Positions 19,501-29,449 of a stretch of DNA of 63,602 nt are shown here, piece by piece. Origin of the DNA: a virus. Lineage: Duplodnaviria > Caudoviricetes. The DNA lies in IMG/VR virus record IMGVR_UViG_3300046003_002370, positions 1 through 63,602 of that record; one strand, written 5' to 3'. Made by a program: the position numbers and the translations under genes. Within the stretch, counting starts at the first letter, position 1, and every line of letters starts with the position of its first letter. The notes below the pieces were generated by a model, which saw only the letters and a list, made by a program, of their open reading frames with translations, made no database searches and was not told the origin of the DNA.

Positions 19501-21921
19501 TATTAACTTTTGCTGCTTCTCTATAGCTGTATTCTGCTCAATTTCCTTTTTTTCCATTAAAGAACCAAGAGCTTTTTTTTCTTCAGTACTTGTTGCTAAT
19601 TCAAATTTTTTTCCTAGTTCATTAAGCTCTTTGCCTAATGTCCTTATTTCATTTTTAGAATTATAATCAGAAAATGCAGACAAATATAACCCTTTTGTAT
19701 ATGGAGTACCCGACATAACCATACCCATACCAAACCCTGAGAAACCTGCATGTGCGGCATTTTCCATTACTGGACGTCCATCTATTAAATTCTGTGTCAT
19801 TGTAGTGCCGACTTCACCCGCGCTCTCTAAGAATTGATCAAACACAAAGCCCGGAGTTTTACTTTTAAAATATGCTTTCATGCTATTATCAATAACGTCC
19901 GGCCCTCCCGCTCTGCCAAGAGAAACCTTTGCTCTCTTTAATATTGGTATAGTTGTCAATGCAGAAAACCCAGCTTCCGCTCCCCCATATCCAATTGATT
20001 TTAACCAAAGTTCTGTTTTAGAATAATTAGCTTCTCCTGCTGCCATTTCCGTCTGCATATCAGCCATTTTAGATCCAGCTGAAGTTACCCCAACCATAGC
20101 CGTGGCTGCTCCCCCGGAAAGGACCATAGCTGTTATTATAGGTATTTGTGAAGTAAGTTCTTGAGCAGCAAATTTACCAAAATTAGAACCGTTATCAAAA
20201 GCATCTTCAAAAGACACGTCTCTAGTGTATGAATTTCTAATATCAGTAACCGCATTTGTGTAATTAACAGCCCATTTGTCCATTCTCTCTGATGCAGTTT
20301 CTGCATCTTTGCCATATATCATTTTTGATACCTCATCTCCTGCGTAAGTAAAAGGAGTCAACACGTCTAATACTTTACCTGTAAAGTAAGCTCCGCCAAC
20401 GGCTAAATCACTTAATCCTGTACCAACTGTAGTTAAATATTTTTCAGATAAATCATAGTTTTTAGCGGCTGCTGTGGAGAATATATCTGAATCTTCTAAC
20501 TTTTTTAAGTTTTCATTCTGCTCTTTAAAAGCGTTGATAGCATACGAACTATTAAGTTTATATTGTTCTTCTAGTTTGTTATACGCATTCAAAAACCCCT
20601 TATTTACTTGTTGCCCGTTTTTTAAAGTTACTATTTCTGAATCTAAAGGATCAAAAGTAATACCAACGTTAGCAAATTTACGAACTATAGCTGTTAATTC
20701 CGTGTCGCTTTTAGGAACTCCCTTAAATATATCGGCACAATCAACGGCTAAGTTGTTTATATTAATTGCTTTATTTTCAGCTATTTTTAATTTAGTTGTT
20801 GATTTATTTTGGGTATCTACGGCTTGTTTATTAGCTAATAAAGACCCGACGTATAGACTGGACTGCATAGATGGATCATTTTCTATAATTTTTTCTGCAA
20901 CGTCCGCTTTTTTATCAGTAATAGCCCTATTTTTTAATAAATCTCGGGTCAATCTTTCTGTTTCCAGCCCTAATTCTTCCTTTGATATATTTGGATTTCT
21001 TTTTAGTATTCTTAGTTTTGATTCTCTTAATTCTTTTTCGTAAGGCTTAATTATTGTAGTAGTGTACCCCGCTCCTCCCATAGCTATTTGGCCAGTTGCA
21101 GCCATTGAAACTTTCTGTTCTTTTTTAGGAACAAATAAATCGGGATTATCAAATTCTTCGTCCACCTGAGCTTGGAACTCAGGGGTTATTGCTTTTGCTA
21201 CTTGCTTATTGTAATTTAATTTTGTAATATCTTGTAGATATTTATTTTTAGATAAATCTTTAGCTTTTATGTTCTTATTAAAAAAATCTTTAAGTATATC
21301 CGCATTCTTATTTGCTATTTCAGGGCGTTCCTTTGCGTTAGCATTTAAGACACCGACATCAAATTGTAACACGTCAGATTCTATTTTTTTACCAGTAGTT
21401 GGATCAGTATACACGGCTTTTACTGCGTCAAAAACATTTGATATATCACCCCCTAATGAGGTTGTTTCTTCAAAAGTCAAATTAGGTATACCGGCATATA
21501 GCTTTTTAAGGAACTCGGACCCTTCCTCCTCCTCCATTGCAAAAGCAGTTTTATTTGCTTTTTCGGTTCTTAATGATGAAGTTAAATAATCACCAACACT
21601 ACCTTTTTCAATAACAACAGGCTCGTATTCCCTTTCTATTGGACCAATTGTAATTGATCCTTTATCCAGCTTTTTTATATTATCTAATATAGCGTCTTTT
21701 TTCCTAGGTGTAGCTGCCTTCATTTTTTCAACACCTAGTATATCTAATTCAGGAGTTGTTGGAAATGCACTTTTTTGCTCAATAGGTTTTGCTTTAACCT
21801 TTTTAGGAGCTAATTTTTTTTCTTTGATATAATCATCAATAGAAACCTCTGCCTTATCGGCAGCGGCTTGTATCTGTTCTTCTGTATAATCTAATCCATT
21901 AGGGTGTGTATATACCGGCAT
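13564..21921 (-). CDS. Giant (2785 aa) putative virion/ejected multidomain protein with HExxH peptidase motif and sigma70 region-2-like domain
   Basis: Last gene of the structural arm, after two ejection-like genes; HEVGH near aa 1007; GLYDLIKSYDPKAGVPLAAYINKYLPMRAI near aa 1310-1340; Gly/Ala hydrophobic segments. Confidence 0.8.
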   Translation of the reverse strand: MPVYTHPNGLDYTEEQIQAAADKAEVSIDDYIKEKKLAPKKVKAKPIEQKSAFPTTPELDILGVEKMKAATPRKKDAILDNIKKLDKGSITIGPIEREYEPVVIEKGSVGDYLTSSLRTEKANKTAFAMEEEEGSEFLKKLYAGIPNLTFEETTSLGGDISNVFDAVKAVYTDPTTGKKIESDVLQFDVGVLNANAKERPEIANKNADILKDFFNKNIKAKDLSKNKYLQDITKLNYNKQVAKAITPEFQAQVDEEFDNPDLFVPKKEQKVSMAATGQIAMGGAGYTTTIIKPYEKELRESKLRILKRNPNISKEELGLETERLTRDLLKNRAITDKKADVAEKIIENDPSMQSSLYVGSLLANKQAVDTQNKSTTKLKIAENKAININNLAVDCADIFKGVPKSDTELTAIVRKFANVGITFDPLDSEIVTLKNGQQVNKGFLNAYNKLEEQYKLNSSYAINAFKEQNENLKKLEDSDIFSTAAAKNYDLSEKYLTTVGTGLSDLAVGGAYFTGKVLDVLTPFTYAGDEVSKMIYGKDAETASERMDKWAVNYTNAVTDIRNSYTRDVSFEDAFDNGSNFGKFAAQELTSQIPIITAMVLSGGAATAMVGVTSAGSKMADMQTEMAAGEANYSKTELWLKSIGYGGAEAGFSALTTIPILKRAKVSLGRAGGPDVIDNSMKAYFKSKTPGFVFDQFLESAGEVGTTMTQNLIDGRPVMENAAHAGFSGFGMGMVMSGTPYTKGLYLSAFSDYNSKNEIRTLGKELNELGKKFELATSTEEKKALGSLMEKKEIEQNTAIEKQQKLINNTLRAGVAEAIISIEGKKASLQNEAKEILDDKNISTENKDLIIEDLRVEFNKLEAIKQDALSPSSMSSDVSRFKLLKYSKPDRYDDLLEQAAEGVGLEGDIKPSTEKIQKAAFDLYLKQEIDININNASKVEGARIKAFETKNEAIEYIKTKSGLSEIDQKTAIDGIREGADGFNNDTTGQILVKENMLSNGRSQIATHEVGHYAANLLLKSNPKAFTPIAKQLLLTTKKLDKNLYKQLVNSTERNENGDLKATEVISRFLELVSKGDITFAEKSKKYKGLAGLFGSMVQKTHPDITAFDFKGENDMYNFVVGLGKKISTGTLTLSDIESGKKSGAIKLAELESMTKEYSGIASGIDAGVEFSKVDELKKELANLEVEYDEGYGDMEEADYKAQKGNIERKLQIEIKKAPQETPKTEKPKESIKEKVSEEEAEDVKIIENNKGAVASNKVQQIYDEKGIEGAFDIIKQFGPITSKLVDKRRDAPGFDKQLLTDELETGSGGLYDLIKSYDPKAGVPLAAYINKYLPMRAIAASKRILSEKFSKEIMDDSGSPAYDMEDDYSFDSTLDEIRDEEDRQANLINPIDMMGAELGQEYNASVKEKIDAMTASELGSLTFAKLNDLAPEVTAKFFGTTVRKVTDAKANLATPEIPVIQKIIYDNRTKLIKLLPEGAILEGMPASDILIGTGLSIPRKLQQLFYDQKERLGKGAGLIPFQLKKNITQEEFLNAFGINKDGSFEPFGGQDPRSQTILAMIRLYGKIASNTAVRMEAVQTLEQAADLKAGASLIQFSEGIKKQAIIDGDFNFSGSSETMNTDTNTYRGLLDNVMGIFGIESPMPLANNAVGYQNFDNEALSSYIKSREGLLKMLPIELTFDKGLLAGLRASQYRTDSSGVDWVKNLFKKVISKEGNILAPDSPEVISIKKSLSADNINSLLAKGNSELDLSDTSKGIIKKINTLEKALGKDGKYTSINPTKQTNVKNTILIDPNNSSSIEKAGKELSKFNEINKLKAELFFNITKEWVNENGISKTERNTRIGTVYTMFAGNNNIASGIRSLSAMVGIVVDKKNKEGNILRKLPRNKKGNLTPTAIRTIDKFLNTLPEVEKQERLNKVTNKYKYKTDKKGNLILENGKKIENNKNEYYEKLLIEPEYTVEHEDAMINIMPRVLEEIINNKDYIEFNSTSKLVPLSLAKIRNKDVASKLSDASTYNLLLDKEVKSSKGRYEIIPLTKVADVSGIQFSKALSTEFNKILEETRGIGVNEQFSDITARTIGAGKGKFRVFMSPSAEDFAGLLYDFMGKGTRGEEQKKFFEDNLLKPYAAGVTRINNIRANIKQGYRDLKKEHPVEAKKLTKIIEGTTNTYDQAVRVYLWDTNGVEIPGLSRPEIDKLVDVIKNDPAFTDFANKLSAASGQLEGWIKPTEYWNVESIVSDLHNVTEKGGRKQILGEFVENADAIFSPENLNKIEAARGTDFRGALEDSLFRMKNGTNRSSGDKIGSAWASWVNNSSGAIMFLNTRSAVLQLVASTNFINWSDNNPAMAAKAFANQPQYWKDFSELWNSNSLKERRAGLKSDVDQAELANAVEGSKNKVKAALAYLLKVGYTPTQMADSFAICSGGATFYRNRINTYEKQGMSASDAKDAAYKDFLATSEESQQSADPSKISQQQASSIGRLILAFGNTPMQYNRLMKKAGRDLINGRGDAKTHISKILYYGFIQSMIFSSLQSALFAVAFEEEPEDEKEKAKQKEKAGKKYISIANSMLDTILRGTGIYGAVVSTVKNTILEYLKQEEKGFKGESAKIIIAAAGISPPISSKMSKLNSAWNTSKYDKDIIKERGFSLMQDGKFNPSPAYDIAGKVTAATTNFPLDRLVDKANNVAEMLDERNKTWQKLALGLGWKPYDVGVVNEEEDRIKAEAKTTKKFESDVKSAEDRIAKKEALANRIDKMTDEQMNEYIDSLATAKEKAAVKKEMIWDRVEKNKNQ

Positions 21922-21942
21922 ATTTTTTACTTTCTATTATAA

Positions 21943-23412
21943 TTATAATTTTTTTGTATTCTCAATAACAACATCTCTATCTTCAGGTATGAATTTTTTC
22001 ACGCCTCCGACTCTAGTCTCTTGCATATAACCCCAACCCTTTGTTTTATCGTACATATAAGTAAGCCCGTTTGTACCTTTTATAGTACCCTCTTTTTTGC
22101 CTTCTATATTAGCTATATTCTTAGTTACTCTTTCGTTATACGCTACTGTTTTAGCTGCTGAAACCGATCCTGCAGCAGCCCTTGGTTTTGTTGGCTTTAC
22201 ATATTTTTCAACTGTCATGTCTGCGCTACCTTTTGCATCTTTCATAGGATAGGCTTCTTGACGAAATTGCATTGACACCAAATATTTTGCGTAAGCTTTA
22301 TTAACTACATCTTTATCTATTTGTGAAACATCATCAATATCCGCTACAGCTTTAGATCCCTTTGGAGCATAAGGAAGTAGTACATCATTATATAACATAG
22401 CTAATCCTCTTGGATCAGTTTTCATCATACCAACAACTTTAGCGCCAACTTGTGTACGCAATTCTTCGCTTTTTTCTACTATAGTATCTAGATTTGGTTT
22501 AAATAACCTGTATTTATTAGTCGTTAAAGGATTACCTTTCTGATCTGTAGACCCAATTTCTTCTTCTACTATTACCTCCCCGTAGCCAGCTTTCAATGCT
22601 TCTTGTATATTAATACCTCCTGTTAATGAAGCTCTACCATCTTTATCCGCTTTAGTTTCAAAGATGTTTGGCACAGTTAATTTTATGGCTTCTAAATCCG
22701 ATGTTACATCAGGGATTGTGTACATTCCATCTGGATATGTTTTGTTTTGTAATTGCAGTGCTTTATAATTAAATCTCGTACTACCTTTCTGCCCATTAAC
22801 ATCTTCGTAGTCAATAGCCATATTTGCGTCTGAGAAGTCTCTATTTGTTAGATCAATGCGCGTATTTGTTTTCTTTGTTCCTTGTTGAGATAATATACTA
22901 CCAGTTTTTACGTATTCGTCGTAATTTGTTTTTTGCGATTCATTTAAACCAACACCAGAATATCGTCCTCCAAGTACTCCAACTCCTTTTGAGTTAGAAT
23001 CTTTATATGCTTCACCAAACATACTAGTTTCTCCTAAGAAATCTTTAGGAACATTCAAACTATTATTAACCATAGTCGTGTATTCGCCTATCTTGTAGGA
23101 CATATCTCTACCAGTGCCTTTTGCTATTTCAGCAGCTAAAGCGGATATAGGTTGCACAGTTTGGTTCATTGTGTACTGTAGGTCCAATGTGTTGTCAACA
23201 CCCCCTAGTTTACTAAAGTTTGTAGCGTAAGTTAGCATTTGACTATTAGCTTTTTCTTGAGCAGCTTCGTCTTTTTTCTTTTGTTCTTCTTGTAATTTTC
23301 TTCTGCTTTCAAGAATAGAAACACCCGCGCTACCTACCGACGCTATTGCACTCCTTAAGTATTGCCCTGACTGTGTGTCTATTGCTATTTCTGGATTTGT
23401 ATATGCTCCCAT
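21943..23412 (-). CDS. Putative internal virion/ejection protein
   Basis: 489 aa, positioned between a pilot-like gene and the giant gene. Confidence 0.6.
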   Translation of the reverse strand: MGAYTNPEIAIDTQSGQYLRSAIASVGSAGVSILESRRKLQEEQKKKDEAAQEKANSQMLTYATNFSKLGGVDNTLDLQYTMNQTVQPISALAAEIAKGTGRDMSYKIGEYTTMVNNSLNVPKDFLGETSMFGEAYKDSNSKGVGVLGGRYSGVGLNESQKTNYDEYVKTGSILSQQGTKKTNTRIDLTNRDFSDANMAIDYEDVNGQKGSTRFNYKALQLQNKTYPDGMYTIPDVTSDLEAIKLTVPNIFETKADKDGRASLTGGINIQEALKAGYGEVIVEEEIGSTDQKGNPLTTNKYRLFKPNLDTIVEKSEELRTQVGAKVVGMMKTDPRGLAMLYNDVLLPYAPKGSKAVADIDDVSQIDKDVVNKAYAKYLVSMQFRQEAYPMKDAKGSADMTVEKYVKPTKPRAAAGSVSAAKTVAYNERVTKNIANIEGKKEGTIKGTNGLTYMYDKTKGWGYMQETRVGGVKKFIPEDRDVVIENTKKL

Positions 23413-24195
23413 TTAGTTTATTTTATAATTTGATGCTTTAAAAGTATTTGAGTAGTCCTTACCAGAAGTTCCGGTAGTTGCTGTTTTTGCGCTAGCAGCG
23501 GCAGCACCAATTCCAGCAACAGCGCTAACACCAGCGCCTATAGCTCCCATAAAATCAGCTTGAGCCTGGGTTTGTTGGGCTTGCGCTCCGCTTAATTGTC
23601 CTGCAACACGATCCATTTTTTGCATTTCTCTACCCTCTCTTGCTTGGTATACAAATTGAGAACCGGCTGTTTCAGCAGCTTGAGTACGTTGCCCCTCTGA
23701 CATTTGTATATCCTGAAGTCTTTGGGCTTGTTGCATTTGGACTTGTTCCATTTGTTGTTGACCCTGAGCTTTCATTTTTTCATTATTAGCTTCTTGTTGT
23801 TCTATATCAGCGGTAACACCTTGTTTAGATTTAAGTGCAGCCATTGCTAATGCGGTTGCTCCACCGGCGCCCGCTCCAGTTTCTCTTAATGCATCTAATG
23901 TATTTGCTAAAGCTTGGTCGGTTTGTTCAATTTGCATAGTGGTAGCAGCCGTAGCTACACCTAGATTTGCATAAGGATTACTTACCATACTAGATAAATC
24001 TTTAGCCATTGTGCTTAGATCCTTTACATTAGCGTAAGGATTGACTATAGCTTGTCTTGTTGCTTCTAAATGATTTAATTCTTTTGTTAATTGGTCAGCC
24101 TTCCTTCTAGCTGCTCTTTCTTTTTTCTTTGCTCCAAAAGCTCCAATAACAGAACCTAATATTCCAATTCCTCCGCTTATAGCTTCTACTAACAT
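23413..24195 (-). CDS. Putative ejection/DNA pilot protein
   Basis: Gly/Ala hydrophobic termini with a Gln-rich coiled coil. Confidence 0.65.
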   Translation of the reverse strand: MLVEAISGGIGILGSVIGAFGAKKKERAARRKADQLTKELNHLEATRQAIVNPYANVKDLSTMAKDLSSMVSNPYANLGVATAATTMQIEQTDQALANTLDALRETGAGAGGATALAMAALKSKQGVTADIEQQEANNEKMKAQGQQQMEQVQMQQAQRLQDIQMSEGQRTQAAETAGSQFVYQAREGREMQKMDRVAGQLSGAQAQQTQAQADFMGAIGAGVSAVAGIGAAAASAKTATTGTSGKDYSNTFKASNYKIN

Positions 24196-24270
24196 AGTAT
24201 TATTTTTTTTATATATTCATTAAGTTTTATTATTCTTGCTTAATTTAATTTGATTATCCATTTATTATAT

Positions 24271-25725
24271 TTAATAGGATGAGTTTACGTAATTTGATGA
24301 TACTGCAAACAATTCTTTTTTGCCTTGGTAAGTGTTAGGCTCGCTACTATCAACGGTGCTCATTGTTACAGTTGCCCAAAATCCATCAACGCCAGACATA
24401 CTTTGTCCCCACAGTATTTCACCAGGTTGAGCCGGACTAATATTCATTACATTACCAAAATATTTATTTTCTTTCTTTTTAAAGTTATTTAAAAATAATT
24501 GATTTTGTAAAGCTGATAATGTGGTTATTGTGCTTGTAATGGTTGCTTTTGCTATTGATAATCCAATATCACTATCGGTGATTATTGAATCCATTGTCCA
24601 ATCTGGACTTCCCTCGTAGTTTATTGTCTTAAAAGTTTTTACCTCTGATACGCTAGGATTAAGAACTAACTTTACTGTCGATGCATACGTTACCCCGTAA
24701 AAAGTACTTCTCTTATTATTAGTAAGTTGGTAGTGTTGCCATATAGCTCCATCTTTTATGGAATAAAAATTATTACGCAGACTTAGTGTAAAAGTTGGCT
24801 TATAAGTATAGAAACTAGTCCAGCCCAACGCGTCCTCATTGAAGCTTAATGTTTTGTAAAGTGAATCAATATTAGCGTAAGGAGTTAATACTGCTCTAGG
24901 ATCATTGTATGTGCTCACAGGCTGTATAGATACAGTATAGTTTTGAGAATGTTGATCCAATCCGCCAACTATTTTACTAGATGGAGTTGTTGCGTTTAAT
25001 TGATCTCTAAAAAAGTCAGTTAAACCATTACTTGATATTTCTGTAATTCCATCTTGAGACAATCTTAAAGCTACATTTCTATCTTTATCAGTAAAATACT
25101 TTCTATACCCGTAAGTTGCAAATGATTCTGGATTACGACTTATTCCATAATTCCCGCCGTATGGTACTATTTGACCTATTACAACGGTACTAGATGTAAC
25201 AGAACCCTCTCCTTCTGCAGAATAAATAGCAGACTTATCTATAAGTGCTCTACTGACTTTTGCTTCTTGAAATACGGTTAGATTTGTATCTTCTGCAAAT
25301 AACTTTTGAATAGACCCATTTGATGGATCCAGGCTTTTGGTTATTACATCAGCTACAGAGAACTCGTTTGTTTTGTTTATCCCGGTTCTAGAGTTGAATA
25401 CTCCTGAGTAAATTAAAGAACTGGACCTATGTTGTTGCACTGGAGTATCTTCTACTATATAAGCTTTAACACCTAGATCTGTAATAGTATTATTATAACC
25501 TCCTCTAATCCTAGCTTCTTCGATATACCAATCATCTGCAGGAACTGTACTTATAGGTTCCACAGTTACTGTTTCACCATCTAAGTATGTATAATACTTA
25601 GGTAAATTAGCCGGCAACGCGGGATCATTGAACACTACCGGGTTTTCACCCGATAATGTTACCAAATTCCGCACTTTTTTTAACCAAAATGAATTAAAAT
25701 ATTTAATTTCTAGTATTGCTGCCAT
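24271..25725 (-). CDS. Tail stabilisation/nozzle-like protein (C-terminal part)
   Basis: GNYGISRNPESFA...YFTD, GWTSFY, FKTINYEG, FKKKENKYF motifs typical of Bacteroidota podophage tail proteins. Confidence 0.6.
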   Translation of the reverse strand: MAAILEIKYFNSFWLKKVRNLVTLSGENPVVFNDPALPANLPKYYTYLDGETVTVEPISTVPADDWYIEEARIRGGYNNTITDLGVKAYIVEDTPVQQHRSSSLIYSGVFNSRTGINKTNEFSVADVITKSLDPSNGSIQKLFAEDTNLTVFQEAKVSRALIDKSAIYSAEGEGSVTSSTVVIGQIVPYGGNYGISRNPESFATYGYRKYFTDKDRNVALRLSQDGITEISSNGLTDFFRDQLNATTPSSKIVGGLDQHSQNYTVSIQPVSTYNDPRAVLTPYANIDSLYKTLSFNEDALGWTSFYTYKPTFTLSLRNNFYSIKDGAIWQHYQLTNNKRSTFYGVTYASTVKLVLNPSVSEVKTFKTINYEGSPDWTMDSIITDSDIGLSIAKATITSTITTLSALQNQLFLNNFKKKENKYFGNVMNISPAQPGEILWGQSMSGVDGFWATVTMSTVDSSEPNTYQGKKELFAVSSNYVNSSY

Positions 25726-25731
25726 ATATTG

Positions 25732-25759
25732 ATTATCACTTATTTATTAATTGATTTAC
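25732..25759 (-). promoter_or_regulatory. Class II promoter candidate
   Basis: Minus strand gtaaa-N15-gtgataat directly before 24271..25725. Confidence 0.55.
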
Positions 25760-25770
25760 CGTATAATAGT

Positions 25771-28700
25771 TTACGAGCAAGTAGCTCCATCTGTTGATAA
25801 TATTATATCTAACGTTGGACCTCCCAATAAATCTAGTTCAAAAAATGTTACAGTTCCAAACTCAGTCGGCAGACATTCTATAAAAGCGCCATTACGAAAA
25901 AGTGTTACCCCCGTAGGGTCTACAGCGCTTGTATAAACTAAAATAGTGCTAGCTGTATCCTCTGGTATATCATAAGTACCCGCCTTTGTTGTATCTGAAT
26001 ACACAGGCCAATCGAAACCGGGGTTCAGGGTAACTTCGTTATCATTTACATAGACGCTAGATATAGCCGTAGGTCCTACCTGAGTCATGGTCTGCATAAA
26101 TATATTTCCTCCAGTAGATGAATTTGGTATTATTTGTATATTAAAATCTAACCCACCAGTTAAAGGTTCTCCAGGTATAAAACTACCATCAGCTAGTCTA
26201 GCGTCATAAAATGTTACAGATAAATTGTAAAGCCCCAAAGCCCTAGCAGAATCCACTGTTTGTGATATTACGCCTGTTACGGGGTTAATAGCAAATGGAG
26301 TTGGAGTTGGAACTAATCCCGAATCTGGTCCTGTTATGCTATCTATAACAAAATAAATTTGAGCACCTTTGTTGGTAAACCCTCCGTTAACAGTGTTAAT
26401 TAATTGGCCAACAAAATCTTCCTCTTGAAGGACCTCAAACAAGGTGGGCACTGGCGACATAGACGGCTCAACGTTCTCCAACGCTCCTACAGTTATTAAT
26501 GTATTAGTAAGTATTCCTTCAGGTGTAGTTAGACTCACCCCGAAAGAAAATGTAAATACATCCTTAATTGAACTGCCTTTAAGATACGTAAAAGCTTCGT
26601 TTATTCTTATTCTTATTTCGCCGCTTGGCGCTTGTACATAACTAAACTTAGCCGTTACATCACTACCGTTACCATCTATAACTGAAAAGCTAGTTACTAT
26701 TGCTGTGGGTAAAGGCACTGGTCCCGGCGATGTTATAAAGAAAGCGGGTGTAACAAATCTACTATTTGGCTCTCCTGCTATAGTACCAGTTCCCGCAGGA
26801 TCTTGGTGCTCTTTCTGCGAATATGTAAAGTCACTAAACCCAACTGGCCCTTCAAAACCAGTCAATGCTTGCTCGTTTAAATCCGATATTAACCCTACTG
26901 TTGAAGTTTCCCAATATATATTTAATAACGACTCAACCGGCTTAGTCTCGTAAATAGATAGGACGGGGCGCATCGTTGTTGTAGTTACACCTATAGGGTT
27001 ATTTGCATTAGATGTTGATATTCTTGCTATTATAGGTTGTGTATCTATTTGGTATAAGTTTAATTGACCATTAGCCCCTAAGGAAGAATATGTCATATTC
27101 AAGTCATTGGCATTAGCTATAGTGCTAGCTACATCAAATAATCTACCTGGATAGTACTGTATATTAGTAGTGCCGGTATTGTTTTCAACCCTTCCGTATA
27201 ATAATACAGAACTTCTATATTGTTTTTGGTCTGGCCCAACTTCAGTTAAATCTCTAGGAATCTTATTTATATTGTCGTTTAATAATACAATATGTGCAGT
27301 TTTATTAACCTCTCCTGAAGGGAATGCCCCTGTCTCCGGTAGTGGGTCAGATTGTTCTGGATAGTTGTTTAGCATGCCAGGCAAATAGCAATTATAGTAG
27401 TCTTGTTCAAATTGTTTTACGACAACCTTGTAAGAATACCACCCTATTTCATTAATGGCATAAGCATATTTTATATCTGGAACAGCACCAGGGTTGTGGT
27501 TATACATACTATTTATAACTCCGTCAGTGGTAACAACATATGGGTCAAGCGCAGTTCCGGTTCCAGTCCTATCTATAACTTTTACGTAATCTACATTTCC
27601 ACCTCTTAAAGATGTTAAATCAGCAACGGGCGCAATATTATTGGCGGCATAGTCTGGATCCGTGTCTAAAGTAAAAGTATATAGGAATGGAGCTGTTGTG
27701 GTAAAACTTCCGGATATTATTGCAAAACCTAGGTTGCCATTAGCATTTGGAGCAGCATATAATCCTGGTTCGCCGGTGTTAAAATCGGGTTGTCCATTTA
27801 TACCTGATATTATTGGAGCGTTGACTGAAACTATTAAAGTGTCTCCAAACCATTCTAACATACCAGGTCCAGCTGATTTATATGGTGAATATACAGTCGA
27901 TCCTCCAAACCCTCCCTCAGCTTCACTCGTAACCGGAGATAATAATACAGAACTTTGGCGGCCGTATTTATCCGATAATATAAACCCAACTTGATAATTT
28001 CTGTTTTCTTTTAGTGTGTGATTTGGGTATTCAACAAAGGCGCTAGAACCATCTGTATAATCAATTTCTTTTTGAGCTACACCGATAGTATAACTTATAT
28101 TTAAAGGAGGTGTGTAAGTGTCTCTATAGTTACCATATATTACTCTATTACCAGCAGTCTCTTGAGCTAACGCTCTGGTTGGCACTTTATCGTACACCCT
28201 AACGGTTTGAGCTTCAGGTAATGTCTTGTAAGGTTTTCTAGACTGATAATTGTAAGTGAATACATTTATGTCCCCTTCATCACCTGGTAAAGCATTTTGA
28301 GCTATAACAATTGATTCTAATACCTTAATAGTAGTTTGGTCAGATTCTTTATATAATACATCTATTTCTGTTATTTTATAAGAATCACCAATATTGTTGT
28401 AAGTGTCTGGTAATGGTATAAGTAACTCAACATTTTGTACATTATTTTGCATGAAATTAAGTACCGTACTTCTATAAGCAGCATCTTCGTCTCCAGTAAC
28501 AAAAAATCCTTTTTGTTCTGGTATATATGCTATTTGTGTAAAAGGTGATACAATAGAATACTCACCATCTTCAAACTTAAATCTATAGCCAAATCTAACA
28601 TATCTAGATTGTAAATAATCAGGGTCTCCAGGCCAAGCGGGAGAAGCATTTTCCTGATTAGTCATTGTTGAAATTAAAAATATAAGTTCATCACCAGCAG

Positions 28701-29445
28701 TTATAGTTCCAGGAGTTGGATTTGTATCTATGGTAATTAATGTACCAGCTATTGTCTTTATAAAAGTATAATTTGAACCATCTAAATCCGGCCCTATAAC
28801 AGTCATTCCAACCTCTAGTCCAGTTGCATCATCTACAGTAAATGTAGTTGTTGTGGGGGTTGTTACTACTGTAGCTTTTACAGTTTTTACTAAACTAATA
28901 ACTTCATACGGATTATACTTAGCAACAGATATTTGTACTTCTGAAGTATAGTGACCACCCGGAGCTAATGCTACATTTATTTTTCTAGGTTGATTTCTAT
29001 CGTCAGTCCAGAACAATAAATCCTCTATAATATTTACACCGTATATAGGATTCTTTTTTGAAAAATTTAAAAAACTACCTGTTACTAACGGTATATACGG
29101 AGTTGTTGCTCCAACGGTATACATATATATTGCGCAGAAGCTAGTAGATGGAGCTAATACTCCTAATTCACTATCGTTATCTGTTAGGAATACTATAATA
29201 CGATTTTTATTACTATCTACTAAATATCCAATAGAGTCAAGATTAGGTTTATTTAAAGAGACTCTCAAATTTGTATTTTCTAATAATACATTCCCGGATA
29301 TATTCTCCAGCGCTCCAATATCATTGTCTTCTGACTTACCCGTTATAACATTATAAGCCTCACGATATTGTCCATTTGGCAGGATTCTATCGTCAAGATC
29401 TAAATTCATTTTAGCCTGTAAAAAAGTATTTTTAACTTCAGCCAT
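25771..29445 (-). CDS. Tail stabilisation/nozzle-like protein (N-terminal part) with Ig/cadherin-like C-terminal extension
   Basis: KMNLDLDDRILPNGQYREAYN, LLFWTDDRNQPRKIN, GNRVIYGNY; FAINPVTGVI. Confidence 0.65.
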   Translation of the reverse strand: MAEVKNTFLQAKMNLDLDDRILPNGQYREAYNVITGKSEDNDIGALENISGNVLLENTNLRVSLNKPNLDSIGYLVDSNKNRIIVFLTDNDSELGVLAPSTSFCAIYMYTVGATTPYIPLVTGSFLNFSKKNPIYGVNIIEDLLFWTDDRNQPRKINVALAPGGHYTSEVQISVAKYNPYEVISLVKTVKATVVTTPTTTTFTVDDATGLEVGMTVIGPDLDGSNYTFIKTIAGTLITIDTNPTPGTITAGDELIFLISTMTNQENASPAWPGDPDYLQSRYVRFGYRFKFEDGEYSIVSPFTQIAYIPEQKGFFVTGDEDAAYRSTVLNFMQNNVQNVELLIPLPDTYNNIGDSYKITEIDVLYKESDQTTIKVLESIVIAQNALPGDEGDINVFTYNYQSRKPYKTLPEAQTVRVYDKVPTRALAQETAGNRVIYGNYRDTYTPPLNISYTIGVAQKEIDYTDGSSAFVEYPNHTLKENRNYQVGFILSDKYGRQSSVLLSPVTSEAEGGFGGSTVYSPYKSAGPGMLEWFGDTLIVSVNAPIISGINGQPDFNTGEPGLYAAPNANGNLGFAIISGSFTTTAPFLYTFTLDTDPDYAANNIAPVADLTSLRGGNVDYVKVIDRTGTGTALDPYVVTTDGVINSMYNHNPGAVPDIKYAYAINEIGWYSYKVVVKQFEQDYYNCYLPGMLNNYPEQSDPLPETGAFPSGEVNKTAHIVLLNDNINKIPRDLTEVGPDQKQYRSSVLLYGRVENNTGTTNIQYYPGRLFDVASTIANANDLNMTYSSLGANGQLNLYQIDTQPIIARISTSNANNPIGVTTTTMRPVLSIYETKPVESLLNIYWETSTVGLISDLNEQALTGFEGPVGFSDFTYSQKEHQDPAGTGTIAGEPNSRFVTPAFFITSPGPVPLPTAIVTSFSVIDGNGSDVTAKFSYVQAPSGEIRIRINEAFTYLKGSSIKDVFTFSFGVSLTTPEGILTNTLITVGALENVEPSMSPVPTLFEVLQEEDFVGQLINTVNGGFTNKGAQIYFVIDSITGPDSGLVPTPTPFAINPVTGVISQTVDSARALGLYNLSVTFYDARLADGSFIPGEPLTGGLDFNIQIIPNSSTGGNIFMQTMTQVGPTAISSVYVNDNEVTLNPGFDWPVYSDTTKAGTYDIPEDTASTILVYTSAVDPTGVTLFRNGAFIECLPTEFGTVTFFELDLLGGPTLDIILSTDGATCS

Positions 29446-29449
29446 TTAG

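Noticed and set aside
13564-21921. Virion RNA polymerase like that of crAss-like phages
   Set aside because: I found no DxDxD/DFDxD catalytic motif in the translation (IIDGDF lacks the first Asp). The recognisable motifs are peptidase-like and sigma-like. A structure search is needed to exclude it fully.
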